Shown: piece after piece, positions 9,501-18,483 of the stretch
How the letters are laid out: every line of letters starts with the position of its first letter
Numbering within the stretch: the first letter of the stretch is position 1
NCBI GenBank assembly: GCA_000002435.2
Contig: CM018793.1
Strand: one strand, 5' to 3'
DNA length: 64,000 nt
Source: Giardia intestinalis
Lineage: Eukaryota
Made by a program: the position numbers and the translations under genes
The notes under the pieces: model-generated
The model's database searches: none
What the model was told of the DNA's origin: nothing
What the model saw: only the letters and a program-made list of their open reading frames with translations

Positions 9501-10780
9501 CAAGTCGTCGTACCCTGTCTGTAAGATTTAGCCGAACAAACAGAGCGCGCTAACCCATCCTGAACTGCAGCTGCTTGCGTGGTGTTCCCAGTATCTCCAA
9601 GATTGCGTGCAACTGTTTGAGTACTTTGCACTTTGTTAGGAAACACGGTGCTTGTGAGTCCAGACGATCTAAGGTTAGTTACTCCTGACCTACTCACATC
9701 AATCGCCCGCTGTGCTTTAGTTGGCATGCCATGTTGAGATAGATCAGAGTCTATGCTTCTGCTGATTGTGGTGTCAGAGTATCTAGTGTCAAGAGGGTCA
9801 TCTGCCATGTCACGAAAGTGGGCGCGCTTCATAATATTGACGAATTCCTTTTGCTCCTGCTCTATTAGCTTCAAATCCTGATTGTAATCTAGTATAGTCA
9901 TTCTTGGCAAAGCGATGGAACTCATGTGTTGCATTCCAGATGTAGGTATGAGCGTAAATCGAGATCGCAGAAAAGATGCCATATCCTCCTCAGTGGCAGA
10001 GTCTGGACAAGATAGAGCTCCATCTGTGTCATGGTAGGCAGGTGGATAGAGCCCCTGCTGCCGCTGCTGCCGCTTAAGCATGTTGATGATCTCTTTTGTG
10101 CGCTTTAGGAATTCAGTAATAGAAAAACCGTGATACGGTGCAGATAGTGATTCAGCTAAATAGCGTGGGGGGACTACCACGGGAAAAGCAGCTAAAGCAG
10201 CGTACAGAAAGATACGATGTCCGTCGCAAAACCAATGATCACAAAACCTCAACCATTCATCGCCAGATAATTGGTCTGTAAACAGGCCAATGAAGAGCCT
10301 CCAGGCCCAGTCTGCCGGTCTCTCTGTGCCAACTCCGTTACTGTTAGTGTACTTGGCGCTTATGGCATCGACAAAGACAACCTCTCTATTTGGAGGAACG
10401 TCGCGAAACTGCAGCCAAGATTGATAAGTAGAAAGAAGGATTACGCACGTTTCAAAAGCAGCAACTGTATCTCGCTCCCAGAACTTCACGAAAGGAAACA
10501 CAAACTGCGCAAGCCATGACACCGATGCCAGGTCTGGTGACCAGTAGTAGAGTGCTGTACATGTTTTCTGGAGCCTAACAAGGAGCCTGCGGTCACTGAT
10601 AGGGAAAAGCCTGGAGAGACTGTGTGCATCTTTGTGTATGCCTCTAGTCACCAGGCTGTCATAATAGTCTACGTCGTTGGGCAGCGCAAGCATGAACCGC
10701 CACGCTGTCTTTCGAAGGTCATCAGGGATGGACCCATAGTTCTCAAGAAGTGCTCTGAGGTGGCGAAGGGTCAGGGTCAT
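6536..10780 (-). CDS. large low-complexity protein with N-terminal TBC (Rab-GAP)-like domain
   Basis: First ATG is at 10780; the track start at 10789 is TTG. N-terminal about 230 aa (LRKTAWRFMLALPND...YDSLV...IHKDAHSL...YYWSPDLASVSWLAQFVFPFV...LSTYQSWLQ) resembles a TBC domain. The IxxDxxR arginine-finger position is substituted by Ser (IHKDAHS). The remaining about 1,150 aa are S/T/Q/P-rich low complexity. Its stop overlaps the convergent ankyrin gene by 22 nt. Confidence 0.6.
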   Translation of the reverse strand: MTLTLRHLRALLENYGSIPDDLRKTAWRFMLALPNDVDYYDSLVTRGIHKDAHSLSRLFPISDRRLLVRLQKTCTALYYWSPDLASVSWLAQFVFPFVKFWERDTVAAFETCVILLSTYQSWLQFRDVPPNREVVFVDAISAKYTNSNGVGTERPADWAWRLFIGLFTDQLSGDEWLRFCDHWFCDGHRIFLYAALAAFPVVVPPRYLAESLSAPYHGFSITEFLKRTKEIINMLKRQQRQQGLYPPAYHDTDGALSCPDSATEEDMASFLRSRFTLIPTSGMQHMSSIALPRMTILDYNQDLKLIEQEQKEFVNIMKRAHFRDMADDPLDTRYSDTTISRSIDSDLSQHGMPTKAQRAIDVSRSGVTNLRSSGLTSTVFPNKVQSTQTVARNLGDTGNTTQAAAVQDGLARSVCSAKSYRQGTTTCEPPSPAVNDNADHELGSTFTISAFKPRSQRLDQSGRAVQTEDIEFIPVSSSKSQQIAEHIAREMAQEVATTDVHVREATSAIEGDLRERRSVHPAVQKQDSVTYRGAINDANGFVVNLSEQARKRSESDKRNKQLIGNAVQHALLKGITAVRSCSRKERGSRAADLPLKQEPGTSSIGPARARSTEFDLPPQPESTLCQVCEDRGVYDPRPGESPKCRQTASNEQVKPLTNQQKVSSRPVSISVQTPLSRSAPKALPTRCIEHITVETQTPRATSRTPKTQVKSTGVPYQLRQRQLQRQQLQQPKRPATGSKVSQPKRTVCSVDRSVAASRAQSLKTSVGVQHVSMRSTTSDTEETQELVNKVDMLLNTDRLAPRRELLELERAPRDTLLDLIDTLDRQVASADPSTYALRDSIPSSNGSDLIAEKLGVDPQLEYTHPEARPVIKSAYLSECEEDLLHYPQPPQTLHPVDSVRFVSASSKTPVSQQTTAPSISTTASRGRALGDSSMGDATGVSHNSISSLAQQLPYQIPLVAPQSNLRITIPSVSAARGSEGGSTSPYTNSDNTQKPSVSFMLPESTEPQDTYRSILARRSALESISVSSTAIEPLHLSVHPVPHRASYQPEPGFPLAANEKDLTISSVQEPILAPDAHQGKQAHSHSQPEFSRNYLETTTSTFLPQPSVSLHASTSQPLGTQLPSHSTSLPIPSRSASRTGSVPPQNPRTNSQTPRQIGMHRPEKSDSQITKVTGVDNMGYENSNTYAATMTNYEKSAGSMLQTQKNQLPVQVIIQDRDQSYTLGNKDIETLEDSGSNDLNLKGTARDLLQSVRRKLGEFNEVDDPSFSTVTSGTDKSSTRPFNGLLSSAARLGETSMIDLQGTKHTFQSNRQMKSEDYSALEDPIVDVDSPYHQDQTPARAIRHSTTDQQNLAWSSAVVDPSVLEMLCDHTSPASNTMYSNVRGYCNQVDSTLANLKQGIDDVLNKANHSDVVG

Positions 10781-11116
10781 AGTGCCCAATTTTCTAAAAT
10801 CTGCGATGGATATCTATAAGGTGCCCAGGGAGATGTAGAACTAACTAGCTGTCTGTTTACAGAGGGAGCTTGCAGCTAAACCAATAGAGAGAGCTGTTTT
10901 CTGTTTATGGAATTTCTAAACTATATGCCGATCCTCTTTGGCCCCCTAGCAAACCTTTCTTAACTGGATACCTGGGTCGGCTCACAGTGTAAGAATTAGT
11001 CACAAGATCAGATCCACCAAGAATGCGATTTAACAACGCTTTGCTGCGGCACGGTTGATGGTGTGATAGATCTGGAAACATTGTGTGCTGAGATGGTTCA
11101 GCGGGGATAATCCTAT

Positions 11117-11650
11117 TTACTGATTGACATTATTCACGCAAAAATTGCTGTCTGCGCTTTTCGTGGACAAAATCAGTGCTATGATAAGACCATAGAGGGC
11201 AAGAGCTTCTGAGAATATCAATACAATAAGCATCACAACAAATAGACTGGGTTGTTTGGCGACAGCTTTCACAGCAGCGCTTCCAGAAACACCGATAGCA
11301 AGCCCTGCCGCCAGCGCAGCAAGGCCACAGCAAAGCCCCGCTCCAAAATGTGCGTATGAAACGTAAAGGGGCATGCCGTTTGTGTACGAACGAACCCGCG
11401 AGTTAATCAACAAGGAAGTAATCAGCCCGTAGATACTCAGAATACCTGCCATGATGACTGGAAGAGTAAGCTTTGTGACGGGGGCCGGATTGATCAGACC
11501 AGCGACACCAAGCCCCGAGCCGGCCTTTGCTGTGCCATATGCCGCGCCTATAGACGAAAAAACGACGGCCACAACCTGTCCAAGCATCGACCAGAAGGAC
11601 GCCCCTGCAGGACACTTCTCAACAGCGACGGGGCTGTCTATAGATGACAT
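11117..11650 (-). CDS. V-type H+-ATPase 16 kDa proteolipid subunit c
   Basis: Four TM helices. Signature GAAYGTAKAG is present, and the conserved TM4 glutamate lies in LIVLIFSEALALYGLIIALIL. ATG is at 11650. Confidence 0.9.
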   Translation of the reverse strand: MSSIDSPVAVEKCPAGASFWSMLGQVVAVVFSSIGAAYGTAKAGSGLGVAGLINPAPVTKLTLPVIMAGILSIYGLITSLLINSRVRSYTNGMPLYVSYAHFGAGLCCGLAALAAGLAIGVSGSAAVKAVAKQPSLFVVMLIVLIFSEALALYGLIIALILSTKSADSNFCVNNVNQ

Positions 11651-11746
11651 GGGAAAAGTAATTATATCCCTTACGCTAAATCCGCTGCAATATTTCTTGC
11701 AATGTAATCACTCATTTCAGACTTCTATTTCCAACGAGTCTAGGGA

Positions 11747-13024
11747 ATGCCCCTCAATCTCTACTATGCAGGTCTTTACGAGCAGTGCCTTTCGTCTATC
11801 GCAGTAGAGAAGAAGCGTGGGACCACGCACCAGCTGCTCCACACAGAGGGTCTGGCTCTGCGTGCACTCAACAGAATATCCGAGGCGATAAGCTCCTTTC
11901 TTGCATCCCAGAAGCTAGACCCCTTCGACCAGTCTACCACTCTAGAGTTGGCTAAGTGCTTCTATCTCCAAGGAAACTACCCCTCTGTTATCGCACAGTG
12001 TGATAGCATAATTTCAACAGAAGGTCGGGCGCCCTGGCTTGCACATCAACTGCGAGGATTGGCATCCTTCCGCATGGGTGACAGACATGCAGCAGAAAAA
12101 CATCTTTTTCTGGCATATGACCTTCATCCAACACTGCAAGCGAAGCAACTTATAGGAGAGCTACAGGCAGCAGCCGGCAAATCGCAAGAGGCTATAGCTA
12201 CAATGAACGATATTATAGCATTATCACCAGAGTCCATCAACGTGCTCATTGAGCTGGGACTCTTGTACGTTAAGTTGAACTCTCTAGATGATGCATTCGA
12301 ATGCTTCTCTAGAGCAGTGATAGCTGTACAAAAGCAGCTGGCATGTAGAAGCAGCATGACTCTCTCTACTCCGCAAGACTCGTTTATTTTCAGTCCGGCA
12401 TTTTTCTCTCTTGGGTACACAATTCAAGCTAAGGACCCACGGACTGCTTTGTTGAAATACAGAGTGGCAGCAAGCCTTAAAGGGGACAGCAAGGATCCGC
12501 ACATATGGGCTAATCTTACCTATGTGTTTGTCTCGTTAAGCAACTTAGAGGCCGCTCTCGTCTGTGCTACTCGTGCGTTTCAGTTGAACTCCACGTCTGA
12601 ACCTTGTAGGCGTGCCCTGGGCCACGTGTACATCTGCCTAGGTGACTACTGTAGGGCGTTCCAGATCCTTTCCCCAGCCATGGGAGACACCCGGGCATAT
12701 GAGTCCCAATGGCTACTTGGTATTGCAGCCGCGAAGCTGGGTGAACTTCGAATAGCTATGGTGTGCCTTTCAAAAGCTGCTGACGGAGGGCTTTATGCTG
12801 CATGCTTGACGGGACTCTTGATTTTTCTACAGGCCAACGACCTGACTACCGCGGCACAATTCTCCGTCAAACTCAAGGAACTGGATCCCGATAATGATGA
12901 GAATCTACGGCAAGGGAAGGCTGCTATTAAACGCTTACGCAAGCTTGTTCAAGAAGAGAATTCGACCGTGGAGGGACAGGCTGTTTCCGAAAAGAACGAG
13001 CAACTAACCACTACCGATGGCTAG
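11747..13024 (+). CDS. tetratricopeptide (TPR) repeat protein
   Basis: ATG at 11747. There are several 34-aa helical repeats with TPR-like W/LG/Y/A/F/A/P spacing ([16 protein letters not shown]..., [14 protein letters not shown]..., [21 protein letters not shown]...). Confidence 0.65.
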
Positions 13025-13637
13025 CTGCTGCACTCAGCATGAGTCCCCATGCCTCTTGCCACATGATCTCCCGGCCCTTGATCGAAAAGGCGGGACCCGT
13101 GCAGGGCTTTGAAAGACGGCCAGAAGAGGTGGAAAGGGTTGGCTGTGTTCTCTGCGTAGTGAGGGCAAACCGAGATGCTTGAGGTGGTGATTGAGAGCGT
13201 ATGTGGGGAATGCTAAGGGATCCAGAGCGGTATAGAGGAGAAGCAGCTCTGCTGTGTGCCTGCCGGCAAGGCGTGACGTTATATACTACTTGGGTTACCG
13301 GGCTGCGACGCATGTTAAGTGAATACGTAATCTCCTTTGCAGGAGGCGACGTGCTGCGATATGTTTCTGACCAAGGAGAAGGGAGTAAAGAGCCTTTAGT
13401 AGTCCTTTTGAGAGAAAGATCTTTATGCCCAGGTGATTTCCTCTCAGTGTGCGTCAGGTTAACAGGGCTTTGGCTCCTATTCAAAAGATTGACAGTCGTG
13501 GACCTCGAAGACAGCAAGGGATTGGTTGAGGGTCTCAGCTCGTTCTCTATGCGAGCCCCTCGAGGATCGAAGTCTCGCCTAATACTGTAAGCAGCCGGAC
13601 CAGGACTGGTCACTCCTGTTCTGAACCAACTCGCCAT
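13011..13637 (-). CDS. S/T/P-rich protein with N-terminal PG-rich (PGPAAY) motif
   Basis: ATG at 13637 gives [25 protein letters not shown], the same N-terminal architecture as the PG-rich repeat genes at 16644..17528 and 17588..18442. The track extension to 13703 starts on TTG. The frame differs from the upstream ORF 13700..14647. Confidence 0.5.
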
Positions 13638-13699
13638 TTTTCTAATATCAGATAAGATTTGGTAGCATCCGAGGAACTGCAAATTCACTCTTGCAAGCG

Positions 13700-14647
13700 T
13701 CAAAAATCGCTGATTCTAGAGCCCTGCTTGGATATCTTACTCAGGTTAGCACGCAGATTGTTTGTGATCGGCGTAGAAGTTAAGTATGATGACGTCGGAA
13801 GCAAAGACCCCGTGGACACACCCGTGACGGAGTCCACGCGGTTATCATACAGCAGGGTATCGGTTCCTCGCTTGAACGTGCTTATGTGGAGGTTCACAGG
13901 GTCCTTAGCCAGGACATAGTCAACCTCACGCCTATGCTCACGAATATCTTTGTTTATATTGTTTGCGTGAAACATGAATGTGTGTGCTGTGGTTGATGTA
14001 GGCTGGCGCTTGAACCACTCATCGTTATGTTGTGGCTCTTCCACACGCGTTTTCTGCTTCTTGGAGCCGATAGTTTTCATCATACTTTCTTTCTTTACGC
14101 TCAGAGAGTCAACAGGGGCCACCAATCTATCCCTGTACCTCTCTATGTAATTGGGGTCGCTCAGGGCTGGTGTGCGTCTGGTAGCTGCGCGCTTGGTCGG
14201 CGTGGTGAGGTGGTGATCCTTTTGAGTGGTGCCGTCCCCCTCTTTTCGCAGAATTTGTACATTCAACGTCTCGGGGTCGCGGGTTGTTTTGGGGGAATGA
14301 TCGACCTTAAAGAATTGCTCTACCTTAAACGAAGGCTCCAGGTCTGCCATCTGGGCCGCAGCACTGTGCTGCAAGCTGGGGTCCATAAGAGGATTCTCCA
14401 CAACATAGTGCGAGGGAGGCCCTGTAAGGCCTGATACGCTTTGAAATTTGATCGGAAGACCCTGAGATCTCGACCGCGTATATGTCCGTGGCTCAACCTC
14501 CTCTATTCCCAACTGGCGTGCAAAATCATCAGGCCGGGCCCGCGTGCGACCCCCCTGTGTGGACGTCATAGACATCGAAGCGCTAACACTCATAAAGGGC
14601 TGGTCTGGTATCCCAGAACTAAGGAGGTTTGCAGAGGTCTTGAACAT
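13700..14647 (-). CDS. hypothetical S/T-rich protein
   Basis: ATG at 14647. Low-complexity S/T/P-rich composition. It ends 62 bp upstream of the next ATG (13637), or is fused to the downstream ORF if a frameshift is present. Confidence 0.5.
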   Translation of the reverse strand: MFKTSANLLSSGIPDQPFMSVSASMSMTSTQGGRTRARPDDFARQLGIEEVEPRTYTRSRSQGLPIKFQSVSGLTGPPSHYVVENPLMDPSLQHSAAAQMADLEPSFKVEQFFKVDHSPKTTRDPETLNVQILRKEGDGTTQKDHHLTTPTKRAATRRTPALSDPNYIERYRDRLVAPVDSLSVKKESMMKTIGSKKQKTRVEEPQHNDEWFKRQPTSTTAHTFMFHANNINKDIREHRREVDYVLAKDPVNLHISTFKRGTDTLLYDNRVDSVTGVSTGSLLPTSSYLTSTPITNNLRANLSKISKQGSRISDF

Positions 14648-14788
14648 GCTTGCGTGGAATTTTTGGTGGGGGTAAAATTTATTTAGTTTTTCAGAAGCTC
14701 CGCACGCAAATCAGAGAAGCGAAGCTGTGGCTAGGCGAAGTAAGGGACGAGTTTGTTTACAAGTCTGTTGACAGCCCATAGGAGGCGC

Positions 14789-15778
14789 TCAAGAGAGGGT
14801 GCTCACTGTTAGAGGGCGGCTAGTAGAAGTGGCGTTCTGAGTGACGTTGCCGATGGTGCGTATCGTTGCGCTTCTGTCGAAAGTCCCCAGCTCAATTCGT
14901 GCATTACCATGCTCATACTCTGAACTGTACCGCAGAGGCCCATTAAGCGTCCCATTATTTTTAGGAGCGGTTATCACCCTGGTTGTGTCGACCTTCGGCT
15001 TCCCTATGAGGGCGTCCGGGAACAGGTCAGGATTGTAGCTGGACTGCGCAAGGGCCCGGTTCTTAATAACGCTACAAGAGCTATAGACACCCATGGGATT
15101 GTAGTCACTGATATCCCCCTGGTTGAATTGCAGGAGCTCCGGGAACGGCTTACCACTCAGACCAGAGTGGCTATTATCCACGTAGCTTCTCGTAGGACGG
15201 TACTCCCCAGACAGAGAGACAGGTGAGCGGCGATAGCCGGGCTCTGTGGTTGTGACGGCACCAGAGTAAGAGGGGGCGACATCTCTCGGCACATCCGCGC
15301 CGTAAAAGTCCTTTCTTGTGTACTTGGGTACCTCTATGTCAGGGTGTACCGTCAGCTGCGCATTGATCTCTTGCATTTGACTGTCCAAGGCCTGAAATAA
15401 GTTGGTCCTGGTACTCCTTTCGGGCAGCACGCGCATCGAGGCAGTGAGGCCCAGCTCTTCTGCCAACGAATCGCGGAGGATGGACTCGTGAAGGCTTGGC
15501 TTGGACATCCCCGGGCTCCTCCGTTCGCAATAGCTGGTGGACCTGCCTCCGGATGGGGTCAGGAGTGAAGCAGCACCGTTTGGCCGAGCACGGACACGGT
15601 TCTTTAGCGGGGTGAGTGAGCGGATTGCCGAGCCGTGGCGTCCATCGGTAATGAGAGAGTACCCAGGCATCCTTTTTTGAATTCTATTTTTGCGGCTGGC
15701 GCGCGGAAGCACCGGGCTACACGCAAATGGTCCAATGGCACCAACGAATACCAGCCCTGGTTTACTCTGCGGTCCCAT
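14789..15778 (-). CDS. hypothetical S/T-rich protein with degenerate PG motifs
   Basis: First ATG at 15778 (MGPQSKPGLVFVGAIGPFA...); the track start at 15805 is TTG. Contains PGY, GPFA and EPGYRRSP motifs reminiscent of degenerate PG-rich repeats. Confidence 0.45.
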   Translation of the reverse strand: MGPQSKPGLVFVGAIGPFACSPVLPRASRKNRIQKRMPGYSLITDGRHGSAIRSLTPLKNRVRARPNGAASLLTPSGGRSTSYCERRSPGMSKPSLHESILRDSLAEELGLTASMRVLPERSTRTNLFQALDSQMQEINAQLTVHPDIEVPKYTRKDFYGADVPRDVAPSYSGAVTTTEPGYRRSPVSLSGEYRPTRSYVDNSHSGLSGKPFPELLQFNQGDISDYNPMGVYSSCSVIKNRALAQSSYNPDLFPDALIGKPKVDTTRVITAPKNNGTLNGPLRYSSEYEHGNARIELGTFDRSATIRTIGNVTQNATSTSRPLTVSTLS

Positions 15779-15797
15779 ACCGGTGCAGGCTGGTCCT

Positions 15798-16550
15798 CTA
15801 CGCAAAAATCTGGCCGGCTGTGCTCTTGAAAAACGTTGTAGTATTGTAATTATGTAAATTCAGTCCAGTGTATGTTTGGTCCGAGAACCTGCGTCCAGCC
15901 AGCGTGTTGACACGCCCTGTACTGTAGGACTCCATGGTTGTAGGGTAGCACTTGATGCTAGAGTAGTTGCGGAGGGCAGACTCCGAAAGGCAGCCGTCGC
16001 GGAACGAGCCTGCCGTAGAGCCAAGAGTGTACTGAGAAGACAGCAGGCGGTTCACGCTGTCCACAGACGATCGCCTGTAGCTCTTCGTCTGGGCTCCCCC
16101 AATACCACTGACGGAAGACTCTGCCCTGCACTCATTGTACGGTGCGCCGCCAAACTTCCCATAGCCGCTGCTCCTGCGGGTAAGAGCGATGGACGCCTTA
16201 TCGCGTGGGAAGGCGTCATAGAACGACGATGCCTTGTACTCGTTAATCGGCGGAGCGTCCAGCTGGCTATACTTAATTGGGTCAGGATACATCGTCGTTA
16301 CCAGAGAGGCCTTGGAAAGTTCTGGGGCCTTGACACGTGTGTAATCCCCGTACTCATGGATGTGGCCGGTCGCAGCGTAGCAGGGATTTGAGGGAACTAT
16401 GTGAACTGCGTTGATGTGGCTGTGGTATGCATCCACGGGTCCTGTCGACTTCCCGGCCCGCGGGTAGAGGTCTACGGTGTGCATAGTCTTCTTTAGGGTG
16501 GTGGACGGGATGTTGCGGGCTACTGGGTCATGGGCGGTTGAGGATAACAT
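15798..16550 (-). CDS. hypothetical S/T/Y-rich protein
   Basis: ATG at 16550. Contains TGPVDAYH and many Y/S/T residues. Its stop lies 19 bp upstream of the ATG of the next ORF, in a different frame. Confidence 0.5.
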   Translation of the reverse strand: MLSSTAHDPVARNIPSTTLKKTMHTVDLYPRAGKSTGPVDAYHSHINAVHIVPSNPCYAATGHIHEYGDYTRVKAPELSKASLVTTMYPDPIKYSQLDAPPINEYKASSFYDAFPRDKASIALTRRSSGYGKFGGAPYNECRAESSVSGIGGAQTKSYRRSSVDSVNRLLSSQYTLGSTAGSFRDGCLSESALRNYSSIKCYPTTMESYSTGRVNTLAGRRFSDQTYTGLNLHNYNTTTFFKSTAGQIFA

Positions 16551-16643
16551 GATATTTTTTCGGGCATCTTTTTTAACGAGGCGGAAAAGCTAAAGGAAAG
16601 CCAGAGGAAAGTTTCCGCCAAGAAACATCAGGCTACGCATGTA

Positions 16644-17528
16644 TTAGGTCACTATATTCTGGTAAATGTAGTGTCTCCTTGAAAAGCTAAACGCAGGGGC
16701 TCTGCGTGTAGTTAATGTTAAACTACCAACATGGTAATGCCCTGGCCCGGGAGAAATCGTCTGAATCCCCTCGCAGACCTCGTTGAGTGACCTACCTTTC
16801 CGTTGGATCGTGAATGCAGGTGCGCTTCTTCTGAGCAGTCTAGGGTGGTATCCAGCCGGCCCTGGGCCTAATGTCTCTGTCGTCTGCCTGTGTCGAGACC
16901 CGAACGTGAACCCAGATGACGAGCACCACCGAGCAGGAACTTTAGGTGTGTAGTCTGCTGGGCCGGGAGCAGGGGCAGAGAGACTCAGGGGTCCTGTTGC
17001 GGGACTGGAGACAGGCCGCATGCCTATCGTCCCTCCGTGGATGCGGGGCCAGAGAGGCGTCATGCTCACCTGGTAATCTCCAGGCCCTGGAGTGGCATCC
17101 TGTGGCGGTGACCGGGGACGGCCCGAGATGCTTGAGGCTCTCGCAGACCGATGTGTTACAGCAATGCTTGGGATATGGTAATCTGCGGGTCCGGGGCTTC
17201 GCTCACGCAATACAGCAGACTGTGCTCTCCGAGGTTGGGTGCTAAATCGGTACGCTGGGGAGCGATGCCGGAGTGCGAGGGCGTTGCCATGATAATCACT
17301 GGGCCCCGGCGTGGACTGTATGCTAGATTGGCTTGTACGGCTCCTCATAGTGAACGCAGGCCCAGGATTGCGAAGGATTGGTGTGTAGTCAGCTGGCCCC
17401 GGAGATGACTCTACCGCCGAATTGTTGTAGCGCCTCTGAATTGTGAAGCGGGGACCGTCGTTTGTGCTTTTTGGACAATATCCGCCCGGACCAGGCCCGA
17501 TTGAGATGACATCGTTCCATTCTGGCAT
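16644..17528 (-). CDS. sperm-tail PG-rich repeat (SHIPPO/ODF3-like) protein
   Basis: ATG at 17528 (MPEWNDVISIGPGPGGY). At least eight repeats of PGP(G/A)xY...GPAFT(M/I) (PGPADYTPILRNPGPAFTM, SPGPADYHIP, TPGPGDYQV, PGPADYTPK, GPGPAGYHP...SAPAFTI, SPGPGHYHV). The track start at 17573 is TTG. Confidence 0.8.
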   Translation of the reverse strand: MPEWNDVISIGPGPGGYCPKSTNDGPRFTIQRRYNNSAVESSPGPADYTPILRNPGPAFTMRSRTSQSSIQSTPGPSDYHGNALALRHRSPAYRFSTQPRRAQSAVLRERSPGPADYHIPSIAVTHRSARASSISGRPRSPPQDATPGPGDYQVSMTPLWPRIHGGTIGMRPVSSPATGPLSLSAPAPGPADYTPKVPARWCSSSGFTFGSRHRQTTETLGPGPAGYHPRLLRRSAPAFTIQRKGRSLNEVCEGIQTISPGPGHYHVGSLTLTTRRAPAFSFSRRHYIYQNIVT

Positions 17529-17587
17529 GGCGTATACAGATTGCCCAGTGTTTTTGAACAAAAATTGTTGCAAATTTCAATTTTGCT
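17529..17587. promoter_or_regulatory. shared AT-rich divergent promoter / initiator region of the two PG-rich repeat genes
   Basis: A 59-bp AT-rich spacer (ttgcccagtgtttttgaacaaaaattgttgcaaatttcaattttgct) lies between two divergent ATGs. Giardia promoters are short AT-rich initiators close to the ATG. Confidence 0.5.
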
Positions 17588-18442
17588 ATGAGCTGCTATG
17601 AGTATGTTTCTGAGGGCCCAGGACCAGGAGCGTATAACATACCGAGCAGCTTCACTTCTGCACGCTCATCTTCTAGGTCCCAATCGGCTGGAGCTCGCAG
17701 TAAGCGAGTTTCGGAGTCATCAGCAACCATCTCTGCAGTGGCTCAGAACATGTCTCGTCTCCATAAGCGCGTGCCCACTAAGTTAAGCGCTTCTAACTAT
17801 CAAACCGACGTAACCCCAGGGCCTGGAGCTTACAACTCGACAGGTCTGGAGCTTAAGAGTCACGGCCCCTCATTCTCTATAGGCCCCTCTCGTTCTCTCT
17901 CTCAGTCAGGAATGAGGCAAACTAGTAGGTCGAATTCTAGATCTGCGTCCCGCTCGACCGCACTCTCTGCAGTTTCCTATTCCTTGCTTGGAACACGTGC
18001 GACCAACCGGAGTGGCATAGCGCAAGATACAGCGACAGCTGGTGAAGTGCCTGGACCTGGGATGTACGACGTAAACATCTCATATGTCACGAGTAGCTCT
18101 CCTTCTTACTCCTTTGGAATCCGCTCCAAGACTCCGAAGCAAGGCCCCGTCACCCCTGGCCCTGGTGCATACAATCCGCGACCTCAGAGTTCGGGCCCAT
18201 CTTTTTCGCTGAGTGGGAGAAGTCCAGTGCGTAAACCCCGTACAGAGTCTCCCGGCCCCGGGGCATATAATCCTCAGCTGAAGAACACTGGTCCTTCCTT
18301 CTCCATGGGTGGAACGAGGAGCCCTGTACGAATACCGCAAGCAGATATCCCCGGCCCTGGAGCCTATGACTACAAGTTGCGCAACAACGGTCCCGCATTT
18401 ACGATGAGGAGCCGCAGCCCCGTCAAGCAGTACGTTGTCTAG
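17588..18442 (+). CDS. sperm-tail PG-rich repeat (SHIPPO/ODF3-like) protein
   Basis: ATG at 17588 (MSCYEYVSEGPGPGAYNIP). Repeats TPGPGAYNST...GPSFSI, VPGPGMYDV, TPGPGAYNPRPQSSGPSFSL, SPGPGAYNPQLKNTGPSFSM, IPGPGAYDYKLRNNGPAFTM. It is divergent from the paralog at 16644..17528. Confidence 0.85.
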   Translation: MSCYEYVSEGPGPGAYNIPSSFTSARSSSRSQSAGARSKRVSESSATISAVAQNMSRLHKRVPTKLSASNYQTDVTPGPGAYNSTGLELKSHGPSFSIGPSRSLSQSGMRQTSRSNSRSASRSTALSAVSYSLLGTRATNRSGIAQDTATAGEVPGPGMYDVNISYVTSSSPSYSFGIRSKTPKQGPVTPGPGAYNPRPQSSGPSFSLSGRSPVRKPRTESPGPGAYNPQLKNTGPSFSMGGTRSPVRIPQADIPGPGAYDYKLRNNGPAFTMRSRSPVKQYVV

Positions 18443-18461
18443 CATCGGTCATTCGAAGAAA

Positions 18462-18468
18462 ATTCACT
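18462..18468 (-). promoter_or_regulatory. putative polyadenylation signal AGTGAAT after the arginyl-tRNA synthetase gene
   Basis: Minus-strand AGTGAAT lies 16 nt after the TGA stop (18486..18484). Confidence 0.45.
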
Positions 18469-18483
18469 ACCGTGTAGACAGCC

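Noticed and set aside
11451-11807. 118-aa plus-strand ORF overlapping the V-ATPase proteolipid gene and the TPR gene start
   Set aside because: It is antisense to a well-supported conserved gene and has no motif content. Its only merit is bridging two real genes.
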